From the NCBI GenBank assembly GCA_003695765.1, contig RFHQ01000063.1, positions 562 through 64,561 of the forward strand: a stretch of 64,000 nucleotides of DNA, in the 5' to 3' direction. The notes below the pieces were generated by a model. It was not told where the DNA came from. It ran no database searches and saw only the letters and a program-made list of their open reading frames with translations. The DNA comes from Gammaproteobacteria bacterium. Lineage in GTDB: Bacteria; Pseudomonadota; Gammaproteobacteria; Steroidobacterales; GCA-2729495. Positions 18,168 to 27,891 of this stretch are shown one piece after another; the stretch's first letter is position 1; the number at the start of each line of letters is the position of its first letter. The position numbers and the translations under genes were made by a program.

Positions 18168-20555
18168 GTGAATCCCGACCAGATCATCGTCCTCACGATT
18201 CTCGTCGCCGCGCTGCTGTTGTTCATCAGCGAGGCGATCCGCATGGATCTGGTGGCGCTGCTGGTGCTGGCGGCGCTGGCGATCACCGGACTGGTATCCA
18301 CCGGCGAAGCCTTCTCCGGCTTCAGCAACAATGCGGTCGTGACCGTCTGGGCGATGTTCATCCTCAGCGACGGGCTCACGCGCACCGGCATCGCGACCAT
18401 TCTCGGCCAACAGGTGATGCGCATCGCCGGGCGCCGCGAAATCCCGCTGATGATCGTCATCATGCTCAGTTGCGGCAGTCTGTCGTTCTTCATGAACAAC
18501 ATCGGCGTCGCCGCCCTGATGCTGCCGGTGGTCATGGACATCTCCCGGCGCACGGAAACGCCGCCATCGATCCTGCTGATGCCGATGGCCTTCGGCACGC
18601 TGCTCGGCGGTCTGACCACGCTGGTCGGCACGCCGCCGAACCTGCTGATCAGCGGTGCGCTGGCACAGGCCGGCTACACGCCCTTCGGACTGTTCGACTA
18701 CTTCGGAGTCGGTGCCGGCGCGATGGTCGCCGGCATCCTGTTCATCGCCCTCGTCGGGCGGCTGATCCTGCCGCGCAAGGATCCGACGGCGAAGTCGCAG
18801 CGCAGCCAGCGTAACCTGCGGGCGCAGTACGGCCTGCAGGAGAGCACCTTCGTGCTGACGGTGCCGCGCGGCTCGGTGCTGATCGGCAAATCGCTGGCGG
18901 AGAGCCGCCTTGGTGCCGCGGCCGGCCTGCTGGTCATGGCGCTGGAGCGCAATGGCCAGGTGGAGACGCTGCCGGCCCGCACCACGGTGCTGCGGCCCGG
19001 CGATCGCCTGCTGGTGCAGGGACGGATCGCCCGCTTCGAGGAGCTGCGCCGTTGGGGCGAGCTGGTCCTGGAGCGCGAGGCGCCGGTGACCGAAACGTTG
19101 CTGAAGGCACGCATCCAGCTCGTCGAAGCGACCGTCGCCGAGGACTCGGCGCTGGTCAAGGAGCCGGTCTCGCAGGCAGAGTTCCGGCGCAAGTACCGCG
19201 CCAGCGTCGTCGCGCTGCGCCGTGATGAGCAGGTGCGGCGGGCCAATCTCGGCCGCGTGCCGCTACGCGCCGGCGACGTCCTGCTGCTGCAGATCAGCGA
19301 GGACGCCGTCGACAGCCTGGCCAAGAGCCCGGATTTCGCGTCCGTGGAGCCGGTGACCGAAGCCGACCTGCTGCGCACCTACCATTTGCAGGAACGCATC
19401 TTCGTGCTGCGCGTGCCGGAGGAATGGGCGCTGGGTGGCAGCACGCTGGCCGGCAGCCGCCTCAGCGATGTCTTCGACTTCCGGTTGCTGGGCATCTTCC
19501 GCGGTGGCGAACTGGAGATGATGCCGGATCCGGAAGCGGAGATCTGCGCGGGCGACCTGCTGCTGATCCAGGGCCAGCCTGAAGACCTCGACCTGCTGCG
19601 CGGCCTGCGCGAACTGGAGATCGGTCAGGTGATCCCGCGGACGTTGGAACTGTTCGAGTCCGACCGCCTGGCGATGGTCGAGGCCACGCTGGCGCCGCAA
19701 TCGCCGTTGGCCGGGCAGCTGGTCAGCGACGTCAACTTCCGCGAAAAGTATGGCCTGGAGCTGGTCGCGATCCTGCGCTCGGGCAAGACCATCCGCTCGG
19801 ACATCGGCCGGCGCAAGCTGCAGTTCGGCGACGGCCTGCTGTTCGTGGGGCCGCGGCAGCGGCTGCAACGGCTCAGCGAAGATCCCGAACTGCTGGTGAT
19901 CACGCCGGTCAGCGGCAGCCCGGCTGCCGACACCCGCCTCGCGCCGCTGGCCGCCGCGATCATGCTCGGCGTGATCGGCGTGGTGCTCGCCGGCCTGCTC
20001 CCGATCTCCGTCGCGGCCGTGGCTGGCGCCGCGATCATGGTGCTGACCGGCTGCCTGAGCATGGAAGACGCCTACCGCGCGATCGACTGGCGGGCCGTGT
20101 TCCTGATCGCCGGCATGCTGCCACTGGGCATTGCGATGGAAGGCACCGGCACGGCCGCGATGCTGGCGAACAAGGTGATGGGACTGCTGGGTGATTACGG
20201 TCCCTGGCCGGTGATCATGGGCCTGTACGGCGTGACCGCGCTGGCGACGATGATCATCCCGACGGCGGCACTGGTCGTGCTGATGTCGCCGATCGTGCTG
20301 TCGGCCTGCGGGGAGCTCGGGATCATGCCGCACACCGCGATGATGGCCGTCGCAATGGCCGCTTCGGCCAGCTTCACGAGTCCGATCTCGCACCCGGCGA
20401 ACATCCTGATCATGGGGCCCGGCGGCTACCGCTTCGCCGACTACATCAAGCTGGGCGTGCCGCTGACGCTGATCGTCTTCGGCGCCGTCATGCTGCTGTT
20501 GCCGGTCTTCTGGCCGCTGACGCCGGTGGACGCCGCGGTCGCGACCGGCCCCTGA
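18168..20555 (+). CDS. SLC13/DASS-family permease with four central TrkA-C (RCK_C) domains
   Basis: Two polytopic halves typical of SLC13 flank four repeats of about 85 aa. Each repeat carries the pattern xVxxxSxLxGxxLxxxxFRxxYGxxVxAIxRxG...GDxLLxxG. The start codon is GTG. Confidence 0.85.
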   Translation: MNPDQIIVLTILVAALLLFISEAIRMDLVALLVLAALAITGLVSTGEAFSGFSNNAVVTVWAMFILSDGLTRTGIATILGQQVMRIAGRREIPLMIVIMLSCGSLSFFMNNIGVAALMLPVVMDISRRTETPPSILLMPMAFGTLLGGLTTLVGTPPNLLISGALAQAGYTPFGLFDYFGVGAGAMVAGILFIALVGRLILPRKDPTAKSQRSQRNLRAQYGLQESTFVLTVPRGSVLIGKSLAESRLGAAAGLLVMALERNGQVETLPARTTVLRPGDRLLVQGRIARFEELRRWGELVLEREAPVTETLLKARIQLVEATVAEDSALVKEPVSQAEFRRKYRASVVALRRDEQVRRANLGRVPLRAGDVLLLQISEDAVDSLAKSPDFASVEPVTEADLLRTYHLQERIFVLRVPEEWALGGSTLAGSRLSDVFDFRLLGIFRGGELEMMPDPEAEICAGDLLLIQGQPEDLDLLRGLRELEIGQVIPRTLELFESDRLAMVEATLAPQSPLAGQLVSDVNFREKYGLELVAILRSGKTIRSDIGRRKLQFGDGLLFVGPRQRLQRLSEDPELLVITPVSGSPAADTRLAPLAAAIMLGVIGVVLAGLLPISVAAVAGAAIMVLTGCLSMEDAYRAIDWRAVFLIAGMLPLGIAMEGTGTAAMLANKVMGLLGDYGPWPVIMGLYGVTALATMIIPTAALVVLMSPIVLSACGELGIMPHTAMMAVAMAASASFTSPISHPANILIMGPGGYRFADYIKLGVPLTLIVFGAVMLLLPVFWPLTPVDAAVATGP

Positions 20556-20632
20556 GCTAAGCGGGCCGCCGTATAATCGACGTTCGCGGCCCGAGTCGCG
20601 GCGTCTCTACGAACAACAAGCAGGATCCCCGC

Positions 20633-21868
20633 ATGTCCGAATCTGTCGTGATCGTCGGCGCCGGCCACGCGGCCGGCCAGGCCGCGATCTCGCTCCGCCA
20701 GGGCGGCTGGCAGGGCAGTATCAGCATTGTCGGCGAAGAACCCTACCCGCCCTACCAGCGGCCACCGCTGTCGAAGAAATTCCTGGCCGGCGAGTTGCCG
20801 CTGGAACGCCTCTACCTGCGTCCGGAGACCTTCTACGCCGAGCACGACATCGATCTGCGCCTTGGCAGCCGGATCACGGCGATCGACCGCGAGGCCCACC
20901 GGCTGACGCTCGGCGACGGCGGGGAATTGGCCTACGACAAGCTGATCCTCGCAACCGGCAGCCGCGTCCGGCGACTGGCGTTGCCCGGCGGCGAACTCAC
21001 CGGCGTGCACTATCTGCGGAACATCGACGACGTGCTCGCCCTGCAGGAGGGCTTCGAGCCCGGCGCGCGGCTGGTGATCATCGGCGCGGGCTACATCGGC
21101 CTGGAGGTCGCGGCCGTGGCCGTCAAGTCCGGCCTGGTGGTCACCGTGCTGGAGGCGGCCGACCGCGTCATGGGCCGGGTCGTGTCGCCCGAGGTCTCAG
21201 CCTTCTACCAGCGCGAGCACACTCGGGCGGGCGTGCGGCTTCGGCTGGAAACGCCGCCCGGTACCCGCATCGGCGGCGAGGGGCGCGTCAGCTCGGTGAT
21301 CGAGGGCGACGGCCGCGAGCACCGGGCCGAGCTCGTGCTGATCGGCATAGGCGTGCTGCCGGTGACCGAACTGGCCGAGGCGGCCGGACTCGACTGCGAC
21401 AACGGCATCGTCGTCGACGAATACTGTCGCACCGCCGACCCGGACATACTCGCGATCGGTGATTGCACGAACCACCCGAACGCGCTGCTCGGCAGGCGCT
21501 TGCGCCTGGAATCGGTGCACAACGCGCAGGAACAGGCCAAGACGGCGGCGCGCACGCTGCTCGGCCGGCTCGAGCCTTATGCCGACGTGCCCTGGTTCTG
21601 GTCCGACCAGTACGACCTGAAGCTGCAGATCGCCGGGCTCGGCGATCCCGGCTGCCGGCGCGTCATCCGCGGCGAGCCCGGTGAACGGTCCTTCGCGGTG
21701 TTCCATTGCGGCGACGACGGGCGACTGGTGGCCGTCGAGGCGATCAATTCCCCGCGCGAGTTCATGCTGGGCCGCAAGCTGATCGCCGCAGGCGCCCGTC
21801 TGGACCCCGCCGAACTGGCCGACAGCGGCAACGATTTCAAGGCGCTGGCCGAAACCGCCCTCGGCTGA
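20633..21868 (+). CDS. FAD/NAD(P)-dependent ferredoxin (rubredoxin/putidaredoxin-type) reductase
   Basis: The FAD dinucleotide fold VVIVGAGHAAGQ, the second fold LVIIGAGYIGLEVAA, the motif PPYQRPPLSK and the C-terminal reductase dimerisation region are present. Confidence 0.88.
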   Translation: MSESVVIVGAGHAAGQAAISLRQGGWQGSISIVGEEPYPPYQRPPLSKKFLAGELPLERLYLRPETFYAEHDIDLRLGSRITAIDREAHRLTLGDGGELAYDKLILATGSRVRRLALPGGELTGVHYLRNIDDVLALQEGFEPGARLVIIGAGYIGLEVAAVAVKSGLVVTVLEAADRVMGRVVSPEVSAFYQREHTRAGVRLRLETPPGTRIGGEGRVSSVIEGDGREHRAELVLIGIGVLPVTELAEAAGLDCDNGIVVDEYCRTADPDILAIGDCTNHPNALLGRRLRLESVHNAQEQAKTAARTLLGRLEPYADVPWFWSDQYDLKLQIAGLGDPGCRRVIRGEPGERSFAVFHCGDDGRLVAVEAINSPREFMLGRKLIAAGARLDPAELADSGNDFKALAETALG

Positions 21869-21871
21869 ATC

Positions 21872-22510
21872 TCAGCGGCTGTGCGGCTCGATCTCCAGAT
21901 AGCCGCTGCGGCCCGCATCGCCGACGACGAGCCATTCCCGGTAGCGGCCGGCGAATTCGGCCAGCGCGCCGCTGGCCCCGACCACACCCTGGAAGCGCGT
22001 TGGCCGCCGCCGCCCGCTCAGCAGGTAGGCGCCCGGCCGCGGCTCCAGCCGTCCGCTTCGCAGCAGCGCGGCCAGGCTGTCGGCGAGCAGCGGCCAGTAG
22101 TCGTCGTAGCCGACCAGGAACAGGCTGCCGTGGCCCGGCCAGGCGACGCTCCAGGCGCTGTCGGCGAACAAGCGCCCGCGCAGCAGCGAATTGTCGGCTG
22201 AGCTGGCCGACAGCTTGACACCGAGTGCCGGCGCACCCCCACTGTCTGGCTGCAGCAGGCTCAGCGCAAGGCGCGCATGGCGCAGGGCCGGGTCGCCGAA
22301 GGCCGCCGGCCCGTTTGCTTCCAGTCCCAGCAGATCCAGCGCGGAGGCCGACATCCCGCGCGCGACGGTGCCACGCTCGTCCAGCCGCGTGAGGTTGTCG
22401 CTGCTGAGCGTGAACGGCGTGTCGAAACGTGCCGGCAGATTGGCCGCGAGCAGCAGCAGCCCGGTGAGGCAGCCGCAGGCCAGACCGAGCAGCGCAGCGA
22501 GCAGCCGCAT
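21872..22510 (-). CDS. Hypothetical exported or membrane-anchored protein, paralogous to the gene immediately upstream
   Basis: Start at MRLLAALLGLACGC (ATG 22508-22510), overlapping the upstream stop (ATGA). It shares the motifs GSLxL..D and AG-Y-E-W with its neighbour. Confidence 0.6.
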   Translation of the reverse strand: MRLLAALLGLACGCLTGLLLLAANLPARFDTPFTLSSDNLTRLDERGTVARGMSASALDLLGLEANGPAAFGDPALRHARLALSLLQPDSGGAPALGVKLSASSADNSLLRGRLFADSAWSVAWPGHGSLFLVGYDDYWPLLADSLAALLRSGRLEPRPGAYLLSGRRRPTRFQGVVGASGALAEFAGRYREWLVVGDAGRSGYLEIEPHSR

Positions 22511-23172
22511 CACCGCCGGGCCTCGGTGATCGTCGACAGGTGGATGCGGCCGCGCGTGCCCCCGTCGGCCAGGACCTCCTGCAATTCCCAGGTCTCGCTG
22601 TAACTGCCGGCCAGCCGCCGGAACTCGCCGGTGCCGCGCAGGACACGCCCCCGGCCGCCGGGCAGCGGGCCGGCCGAAATCCGGCGACTGCGGGCGCGGC
22701 CCCAGAAACGGGCCGTCTCGGCCGGCAGCCGCCACTGGCCGGCGAGCCTGACCGGACCGAGATCGCTGCTGTCCTGCTGGCTCAGCAGCAGGCTGCCTCG
22801 ACTGGGCACGAGCAACAGCCAGTCGCTGCGCGTGACATTCGCCTGGCCGGCCTGACCGCTGATTCTCGCCGCCAGCCCGATCACGTTGCCGGACACATCG
22901 CGAAGGCGGAACAGCTCGGCCATGACCGCCTGCTGGCCGGAGGCCAGCAGGAATGCCGTCTGGCCGGCGAGGGCCTGCAGGCCGTCGGGCACCGCCGGCA
23001 GGCGCACGCGGTCCTGCGGCCAGTGGATGAAGAAGTCCTCGCGGCGCCCGCCGTTGGTCAGCACCTCGATGCTGGACAGGTAGCGCTCGTGTTTTGGCAG
23101 GGGATAGACGGCCGCAGCCGCTGCGACCAGTGCCAGCCCGGCGACGAAGCTGAAGAAAAACGCGCGTTTCAA
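22510..23172 (-). CDS. Hypothetical secreted protein (no family recognised)
   Basis: The product is 220 aa with an N-terminal signal sequence (MKRAFFFSFVAGLALVAAAAAV). Third positions are GC-rich. Confidence 0.65.
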   Translation of the reverse strand: MKRAFFFSFVAGLALVAAAAAVYPLPKHERYLSSIEVLTNGGRREDFFIHWPQDRVRLPAVPDGLQALAGQTAFLLASGQQAVMAELFRLRDVSGNVIGLAARISGQAGQANVTRSDWLLLVPSRGSLLLSQQDSSDLGPVRLAGQWRLPAETARFWGRARSRRISAGPLPGGRGRVLRGTGEFRRLAGSYSETWELQEVLADGGTRGRIHLSTITEARR

Positions 23173-23239
23173 GTTCGTTCAGCCAGCCAGAGTTCCGCCG
23201 ATACTAAACGGGCCCCGGCGTGGCGTACAGCGCCGGCGC

Positions 23240-24820
23240 TCAGGCGTAGTACTGCGCCAGGTATTCCTCGAAGCTCAGCCTGTCGCCGGCCTCGATCTCC
23301 GCCTGGCGGCGGTGGGAGTCCTCGGCTTCGGCCAGCAGCAGGGGCAGGCGGGCATTGACCTCATCGCCCAGCTCGCGGAAATAGTCGCTGTAGTCGCGGC
23401 TCAGGCGCAGGCCGAAGCTCGCCAGCGGCTCGCCGCTGGCGCGCAGTTCGGCCAGCAGGCGGGCCGACAGCGTCGCCTCCGGCTCCGCGACCCAATCCGC
23501 GTACCGTGCGCAGGCCTCGCGATATTCCGGGTGGCCGGACGCCGCCAGCAGTTCGCAGACCGCCGCCACAGCAGCGAAGATTTCGGCCGCCCAGTCCCGC
23601 AGGCGGCAGCGGCCGCCGGCCCGCGCGAGCTCGAGGCCCGGAGCACGGCCGCGCTGCGCGACCAGCGCCTGATTGTGGCGGTTCTCTGCCTCCTCGTCGT
23701 CAGCGATCGGCGGACTTTCGGCGAGCAGGCAATAGAGCAGAAAGGCCTCGACGAAGCGCGCCTGCCAGCGGTTGATGCCGATCGGTTCGAAGGGGTTGAT
23801 GTCGAGTATGCGCAGCTCGACGTATTGCACGCCGCCGCGGCGCAGGGCCAGCGTCGGCCGCTCACCGCTGCGTGCGACCCGCTTCGGCCGCACGGTGCTG
23901 TAGAACTCGTTCTCTATCTGCAACTCGTTGGCGTTCAACTGGCGGTACTCACCATCGACCAGCACGCCGATCTTCCGGTAGGCCGGATTCTCGGTGCGAA
24001 TCGCGCTTTCCAGGTCCGCGATGTACTCGTCGAGGCTGTTGGCCGACACCCGCAGGCGCTGCTGTTCGGCATTGTGGTAACCGAGATCGCCCATGCGCAG
24101 CGAAGTGGCCCACGGCGCGTAGACGGTGCCGTCGTCGAGGCGTTCCAGTCCCGCGCTGCCGCCCTTGAGGAAGCTGCGGCAGATCGCGGGCGAGGCGCCG
24201 AACAGGTACATCAGGAACCAGCCCATGCGGCGCACGTTGCGCACCAGGCCCAGATAAGCGGCGGAGCGGAACTCCGGCAATGGCGAGCGGTCGCCGCACA
24301 AGGCCTGGTATTCCGGCCAGAAGGCCTCGGGCAGCGAAAAGTTGTAGTGCAGACCGGCAATCGCCTGCATATAGCGGCCGTAGCGGTAACTGAGACCGCG
24401 CCGGTAGATGGTCTTCATCCGGCCGACGTTCGAATCCCCGTAGCGCGCGATCGGGATGTCTTCTTCGCCGCGGATACGGCAGGGCATGCTCATGGCCCAC
24501 AGCAGCTCATCACCGATGCGCCGGCAGGTGAACTGGTGCAGGTCACAGAGGAACTGCAGCGCGCCGCGCAGGTCGGCCAGCGGCGGAGTGATGAACTCCA
24601 GCAGGGCCTCGGAAAAGTCCGTGGTGATGAATCGGTTGGTCAGCGCGGATCCGAGCGCCCGGGGGTGCGGGGTCGCGGCGATGCAGCCGTCCGCCGTGAC
24701 ACGCAGGCTTTCCTTTTCGATCCCGCGCAGTGCGCCGCGCAGCAGGTCGCAGCCGCGCAGGCCGGCGAGCCGGCGCTCCAGCACGACCTGCCCGCCCGCC
24801 GGGGGATGCGTCAGCGACAT
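23240..24820 (-). CDS. gshA: Glutamate-cysteine ligase (E. coli type)
   Basis: The product is 526 aa. GIEKESLRV, TDFSEALLEFITPP, YMRIGDLGY-like LRMGDLGYHN and ELRILDINPF-type motifs are present. Confidence 0.95.
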   Translation of the reverse strand: MSLTHPPAGGQVVLERRLAGLRGCDLLRGALRGIEKESLRVTADGCIAATPHPRALGSALTNRFITTDFSEALLEFITPPLADLRGALQFLCDLHQFTCRRIGDELLWAMSMPCRIRGEEDIPIARYGDSNVGRMKTIYRRGLSYRYGRYMQAIAGLHYNFSLPEAFWPEYQALCGDRSPLPEFRSAAYLGLVRNVRRMGWFLMYLFGASPAICRSFLKGGSAGLERLDDGTVYAPWATSLRMGDLGYHNAEQQRLRVSANSLDEYIADLESAIRTENPAYRKIGVLVDGEYRQLNANELQIENEFYSTVRPKRVARSGERPTLALRRGGVQYVELRILDINPFEPIGINRWQARFVEAFLLYCLLAESPPIADDEEAENRHNQALVAQRGRAPGLELARAGGRCRLRDWAAEIFAAVAAVCELLAASGHPEYREACARYADWVAEPEATLSARLLAELRASGEPLASFGLRLSRDYSDYFRELGDEVNARLPLLLAEAEDSHRRQAEIEAGDRLSFEEYLAQYYA

Positions 24821-24927
24821 CGCGTCAGCGCCCGCGGCGGACTGCCGGCCGGGAACGAGGCTGCTCGGTAAGGGTCATAGACTTATATTAGTGGACGGCC
24901 GCCAGGCCCGGCCCGGAGAATATAGGA

Positions 24928-25296
24928 ATGCGCATGCTGCGTCTGCTCCCCGTGCTGTTGCTGCTGGCCGCCAGCGAGCCGGCGCTGGCCCTGCGTTGCG
25001 GGAACAAGCTGGTCATCGAGGGCGATCACAAGGCCAAGGTGCTGAAGCACTGCGGCGAGCCGGCCGCGGTCCAAGTGCGCCGAATCCTGCGTGCCGGCAT
25101 TCCGCGGCCGCCGGCCGGGCCGATCGAACAGGCACTGGATCGGCGCGAACTGCTGCTGCACCAGCGTTCCTGGGTCGAAGTGCTGGTCGAGGAATGGACC
25201 TACAACTTCGGGCCGCGCAAGCTGATGCGGGTCATCACCTTCGAGAACGGACTGGTCAGCCGGATCACGCAGCTCGGTTACGGCTACCGCGAGTGA
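24928..25296 (+). CDS. DUF2845-family periplasmic protein
   Basis: A signal peptide is followed by the pattern CGNKLVIEGDHKAKVLKHCGEP and a C-terminal WTYNFGP...VITFENG, as in DUF2845 (recognised from memory). Confidence 0.7.
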   Translation: MRMLRLLPVLLLLAASEPALALRCGNKLVIEGDHKAKVLKHCGEPAAVQVRRILRAGIPRPPAGPIEQALDRRELLLHQRSWVEVLVEEWTYNFGPRKLMRVITFENGLVSRITQLGYGYRE

Positions 25297-26273
25297 GCGC
25301 CCAGTTCGGCGAAGCTCGTCACCAGCCAGCCATCGGCGACACTGCCCAGCCGGTAGTCGGCGATGAAACCGCAGTGCCCGCCATAACGGCTGCGCTGCAC
25401 CTCGAGCAGGGCCGGTCGCGCCAGCTGCTCGAGACTGGCGATCGGGATCACCGGGTCGTCCTCGGCGAGCAGCATGCGCACCGGCACACTGAGCTCTGCG
25501 AGGCGTGAACCGGTCAGGGCGTAGCCGCGCAGGTAACTGAGCAGGTCCGGGAACTCCGTGTACTCGCGGACGAAGTAGTCGGTCATGTCCTGCAGCCGCC
25601 GGAAGCGGCGCAGGTCGCCGAAGCGGTAGTGCCCGGGGAAGGCCGCCTGCTTGCGCGCCAGAGAGCGCCGCCACTTGCGCAGGAAATACAGCCGGTAGCC
25701 GGCCCAGCCGCGGTCCAGCGCGTACATCGTCGCTTCCGGGTCGAGCACCGGGCAGACGGCGGCGACCGCGGCCAGCCGGAGCCCGGCCCGCGGCGCAGCC
25801 ACGGCGACCCGCAGCGCGAAATTGCCGCCGAGCGAGTAGCCGCCGAGGAACAGCCTGTCCTGCGGGTAACGCGACTGGATGCGGGCCACGGCGCCGACGA
25901 CTTCGGCGAGGCGGCAGGAATGGAACATTTCGCGGTTCAGGTGATGGGAGTCGCCGTGGTCGCGCAGGTTCAGACGGAAGACGCGATAGCCGGCCGCCCA
26001 CAGCGCGGCGCCGGAGGCCAGCATGTAGTTCGCGTCACCACTGCCCTCCCAGCCGTGGATCAGGACGGCCGTGCGGCCGGACGCCGGACCGCGCGGCGGC
26101 GCATGGTGCGCCAGCAGGCGCACCCCGCCGCCGCAGTCCAGTATCTCGTCGCGGGACGCCAGCAGCATTGCCGCGGCCTGCGGCAGGATCCGGCGGCGGC
26201 GCAGGCCGCTGCTCGCCAGCACCGACTGCAGGTGGCGGCCGCGCAGCAGCCACGCCGGCTCGAAATCTCGCAT
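25284..26273 (-). CDS. YheT/ABHD-type alpha/beta hydrolase
   Basis: WLLRGRHLQSVL..., VLIHGWEGS, the nucleophile GYSLGGN and a late D/H are present, with a length of 329 aa. Confidence 0.85.
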   Translation of the reverse strand: MRDFEPAWLLRGRHLQSVLASSGLRRRRILPQAAAMLLASRDEILDCGGGVRLLAHHAPPRGPASGRTAVLIHGWEGSGDANYMLASGAALWAAGYRVFRLNLRDHGDSHHLNREMFHSCRLAEVVGAVARIQSRYPQDRLFLGGYSLGGNFALRVAVAAPRAGLRLAAVAAVCPVLDPEATMYALDRGWAGYRLYFLRKWRRSLARKQAAFPGHYRFGDLRRFRRLQDMTDYFVREYTEFPDLLSYLRGYALTGSRLAELSVPVRMLLAEDDPVIPIASLEQLARPALLEVQRSRYGGHCGFIADYRLGSVADGWLVTSFAELGAHSR

Positions 26274-26285
26274 GCGGCGAGGGTA

Positions 26286-27626
26286 TCAGCGAAGGTCGGC
26301 GGCGGGCCACGCGCCCGCGGGCAGTTCGCCGTCCGGCAGCAAGCGGACCTGGACGCGATGATTGGCCACCGCCGCGCGGTTCCAGTCCCCGGCCAGAGCG
26401 CTGCCGTCGGCCGGGTACGGAGCCGGCGGCAGGCGCTCGCCCGCATCGGCGATCTCGATCCGCACCGGCCCGCCACGGTCCTCGAGTTCGGCACGGAAAT
26501 TCGCGAAGGCCCGCGACTCCAGCACCGCGCCACCGCCCGGCGCCGCCGGCGGCTCGCCGAAGCGGGTGCAGGCATCGACCGGCAGATCGGCCGGCGCCGG
26601 CTGCCAGTTACCGTCGCGGTCCGGCACCAGGCAGAAATCGCCGCGCTGTACCACCAGTCGCACCGTGCCGCTGAAGCCGATCCTTTCCAGCCGCTCGACC
26701 AGGCCGCGAAGCAGTTCGACGCGCGCGTCGCCGAGGGGCGGCTCGCCGGGCGGGTAGGCGCCGGCCTGGTTCAGGCCCCATTCCAGCGTCGCGAGATAGT
26801 CGTCGTACTGGCGCAACAGCGACGCCCTTTCTGCGTCCAGGTACTCGCGGATGCCGGCATCGTCCTCGGCGTCGGCCTTGCGTTGCCGCTCCAGCGCGGC
26901 GAGCAGTTCGGCGTTGCGGTCCGCGGCCGCCTGCCAGCGCGCCTGACCGTCGAGTTGCAGCCAGAACAACAGCGCGGCCAGCCCGGCCAGCGCCAGCGAC
27001 AACCAGCGACCGGCGCCGGGGCGGTGCTCGCGCGCAGCCTGCGCCGCCGACAGGGTCGCCAGCCGCTCGTCGAGCACGCGGGAGACGCTCTGCTCGATGT
27101 CCTCCCGCAGGCTGCGGCCATGGTGGCCGAGCATCTGCCGGAACCAGCGGTGCAGGTCGTCCCAGTCCGCGGGCCGCAGCGCCCGGTCGACCGCGTCGCG
27201 ATGGCTGGCGGCGCGTTGCGCGACCGCCGTGCTGCCCGCCGGCTCACCACCGTCCGGCACCAGATGCAGCGAGCGCAGCAGCTCGTCCACTTCCACCGGC
27301 TTGATCTGCTTCGGCAGCACGCCGACGGCGCCGAGCGCGCGCGCCTGACTGACGTACAGCTCGCCCGCCTGCGAGGTATACATCATGATCGGGATGGTCG
27401 CCGTATCGGGATTGTTCTTGATCGCCCGGACGGCCTGAAAGCCGTCCATGCCGGGCATCATGTGATCCATGAAAATGACGTCCGGACGGCTGTGGCTGAG
27501 GTATTCGAGCGCTTCTTCGGCCGAGGCCGCAGTCTCGACCTGCATGTCGTAACGCTCGAGGATGCGCGCCAGGAAGTGCCGCGCGGTGCGGGAATCGTCG
27601 ACGATCAGCGCGCACTTATGTGCCAT
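26286..27626 (-). CDS. Response-regulator receiver protein with one predicted transmembrane segment and a C-terminal domain of about 210 aa of unknown function
   Basis: The REC domain shows LIVDDS, DVIFMDHMMPGMDG, MYTS and K. It is followed by a hydrophobic stretch (WLSLALAGLAALLFWLQL) and then a domain with no motif I recognise. Confidence 0.85.
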   Translation of the reverse strand: MAHKCALIVDDSRTARHFLARILERYDMQVETAASAEEALEYLSHSRPDVIFMDHMMPGMDGFQAVRAIKNNPDTATIPIMMYTSQAGELYVSQARALGAVGVLPKQIKPVEVDELLRSLHLVPDGGEPAGSTAVAQRAASHRDAVDRALRPADWDDLHRWFRQMLGHHGRSLREDIEQSVSRVLDERLATLSAAQAAREHRPGAGRWLSLALAGLAALLFWLQLDGQARWQAAADRNAELLAALERQRKADAEDDAGIREYLDAERASLLRQYDDYLATLEWGLNQAGAYPPGEPPLGDARVELLRGLVERLERIGFSGTVRLVVQRGDFCLVPDRDGNWQPAPADLPVDACTRFGEPPAAPGGGAVLESRAFANFRAELEDRGGPVRIEIADAGERLPPAPYPADGSALAGDWNRAAVANHRVQVRLLPDGELPAGAWPAADLR

Positions 27627-27891
27627 CGGCCAGCCCGTCTCCAGCCACCGGTCGTCCCGATTTTACGTTGAATCGCCAGTATTTTCGCGGCCTGGCGCAC
27701 ATTTCCGCGACCGGCCCTTGTGGCGCCGGGCGAATGGCGCGATGCTATGCGCTGCCGTCGGCGCAACGCCGGTCCGAACAAGTAACGACAAACAGCACCG
27801 ATGCGCGGTTCGCCCGAGAGGGCAACGGCCGCGCCCCGAGCAGCCGGCCATCCGAGCCCGGCCTTTCGTCCGGCGGCAGCGAGAACCCAGG

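Noticed and set aside
20561-20593. 8-bp GC hairpin (CGGGCCGC / GCGGCCCG) after the SLC13 gene, and a similar 7-bp hairpin after mdh (35880-35898)
   Set aside because: They may be terminators, but neither is followed by a U-tract. Such GC hairpins arise easily in this base composition, so I did not list them as features.
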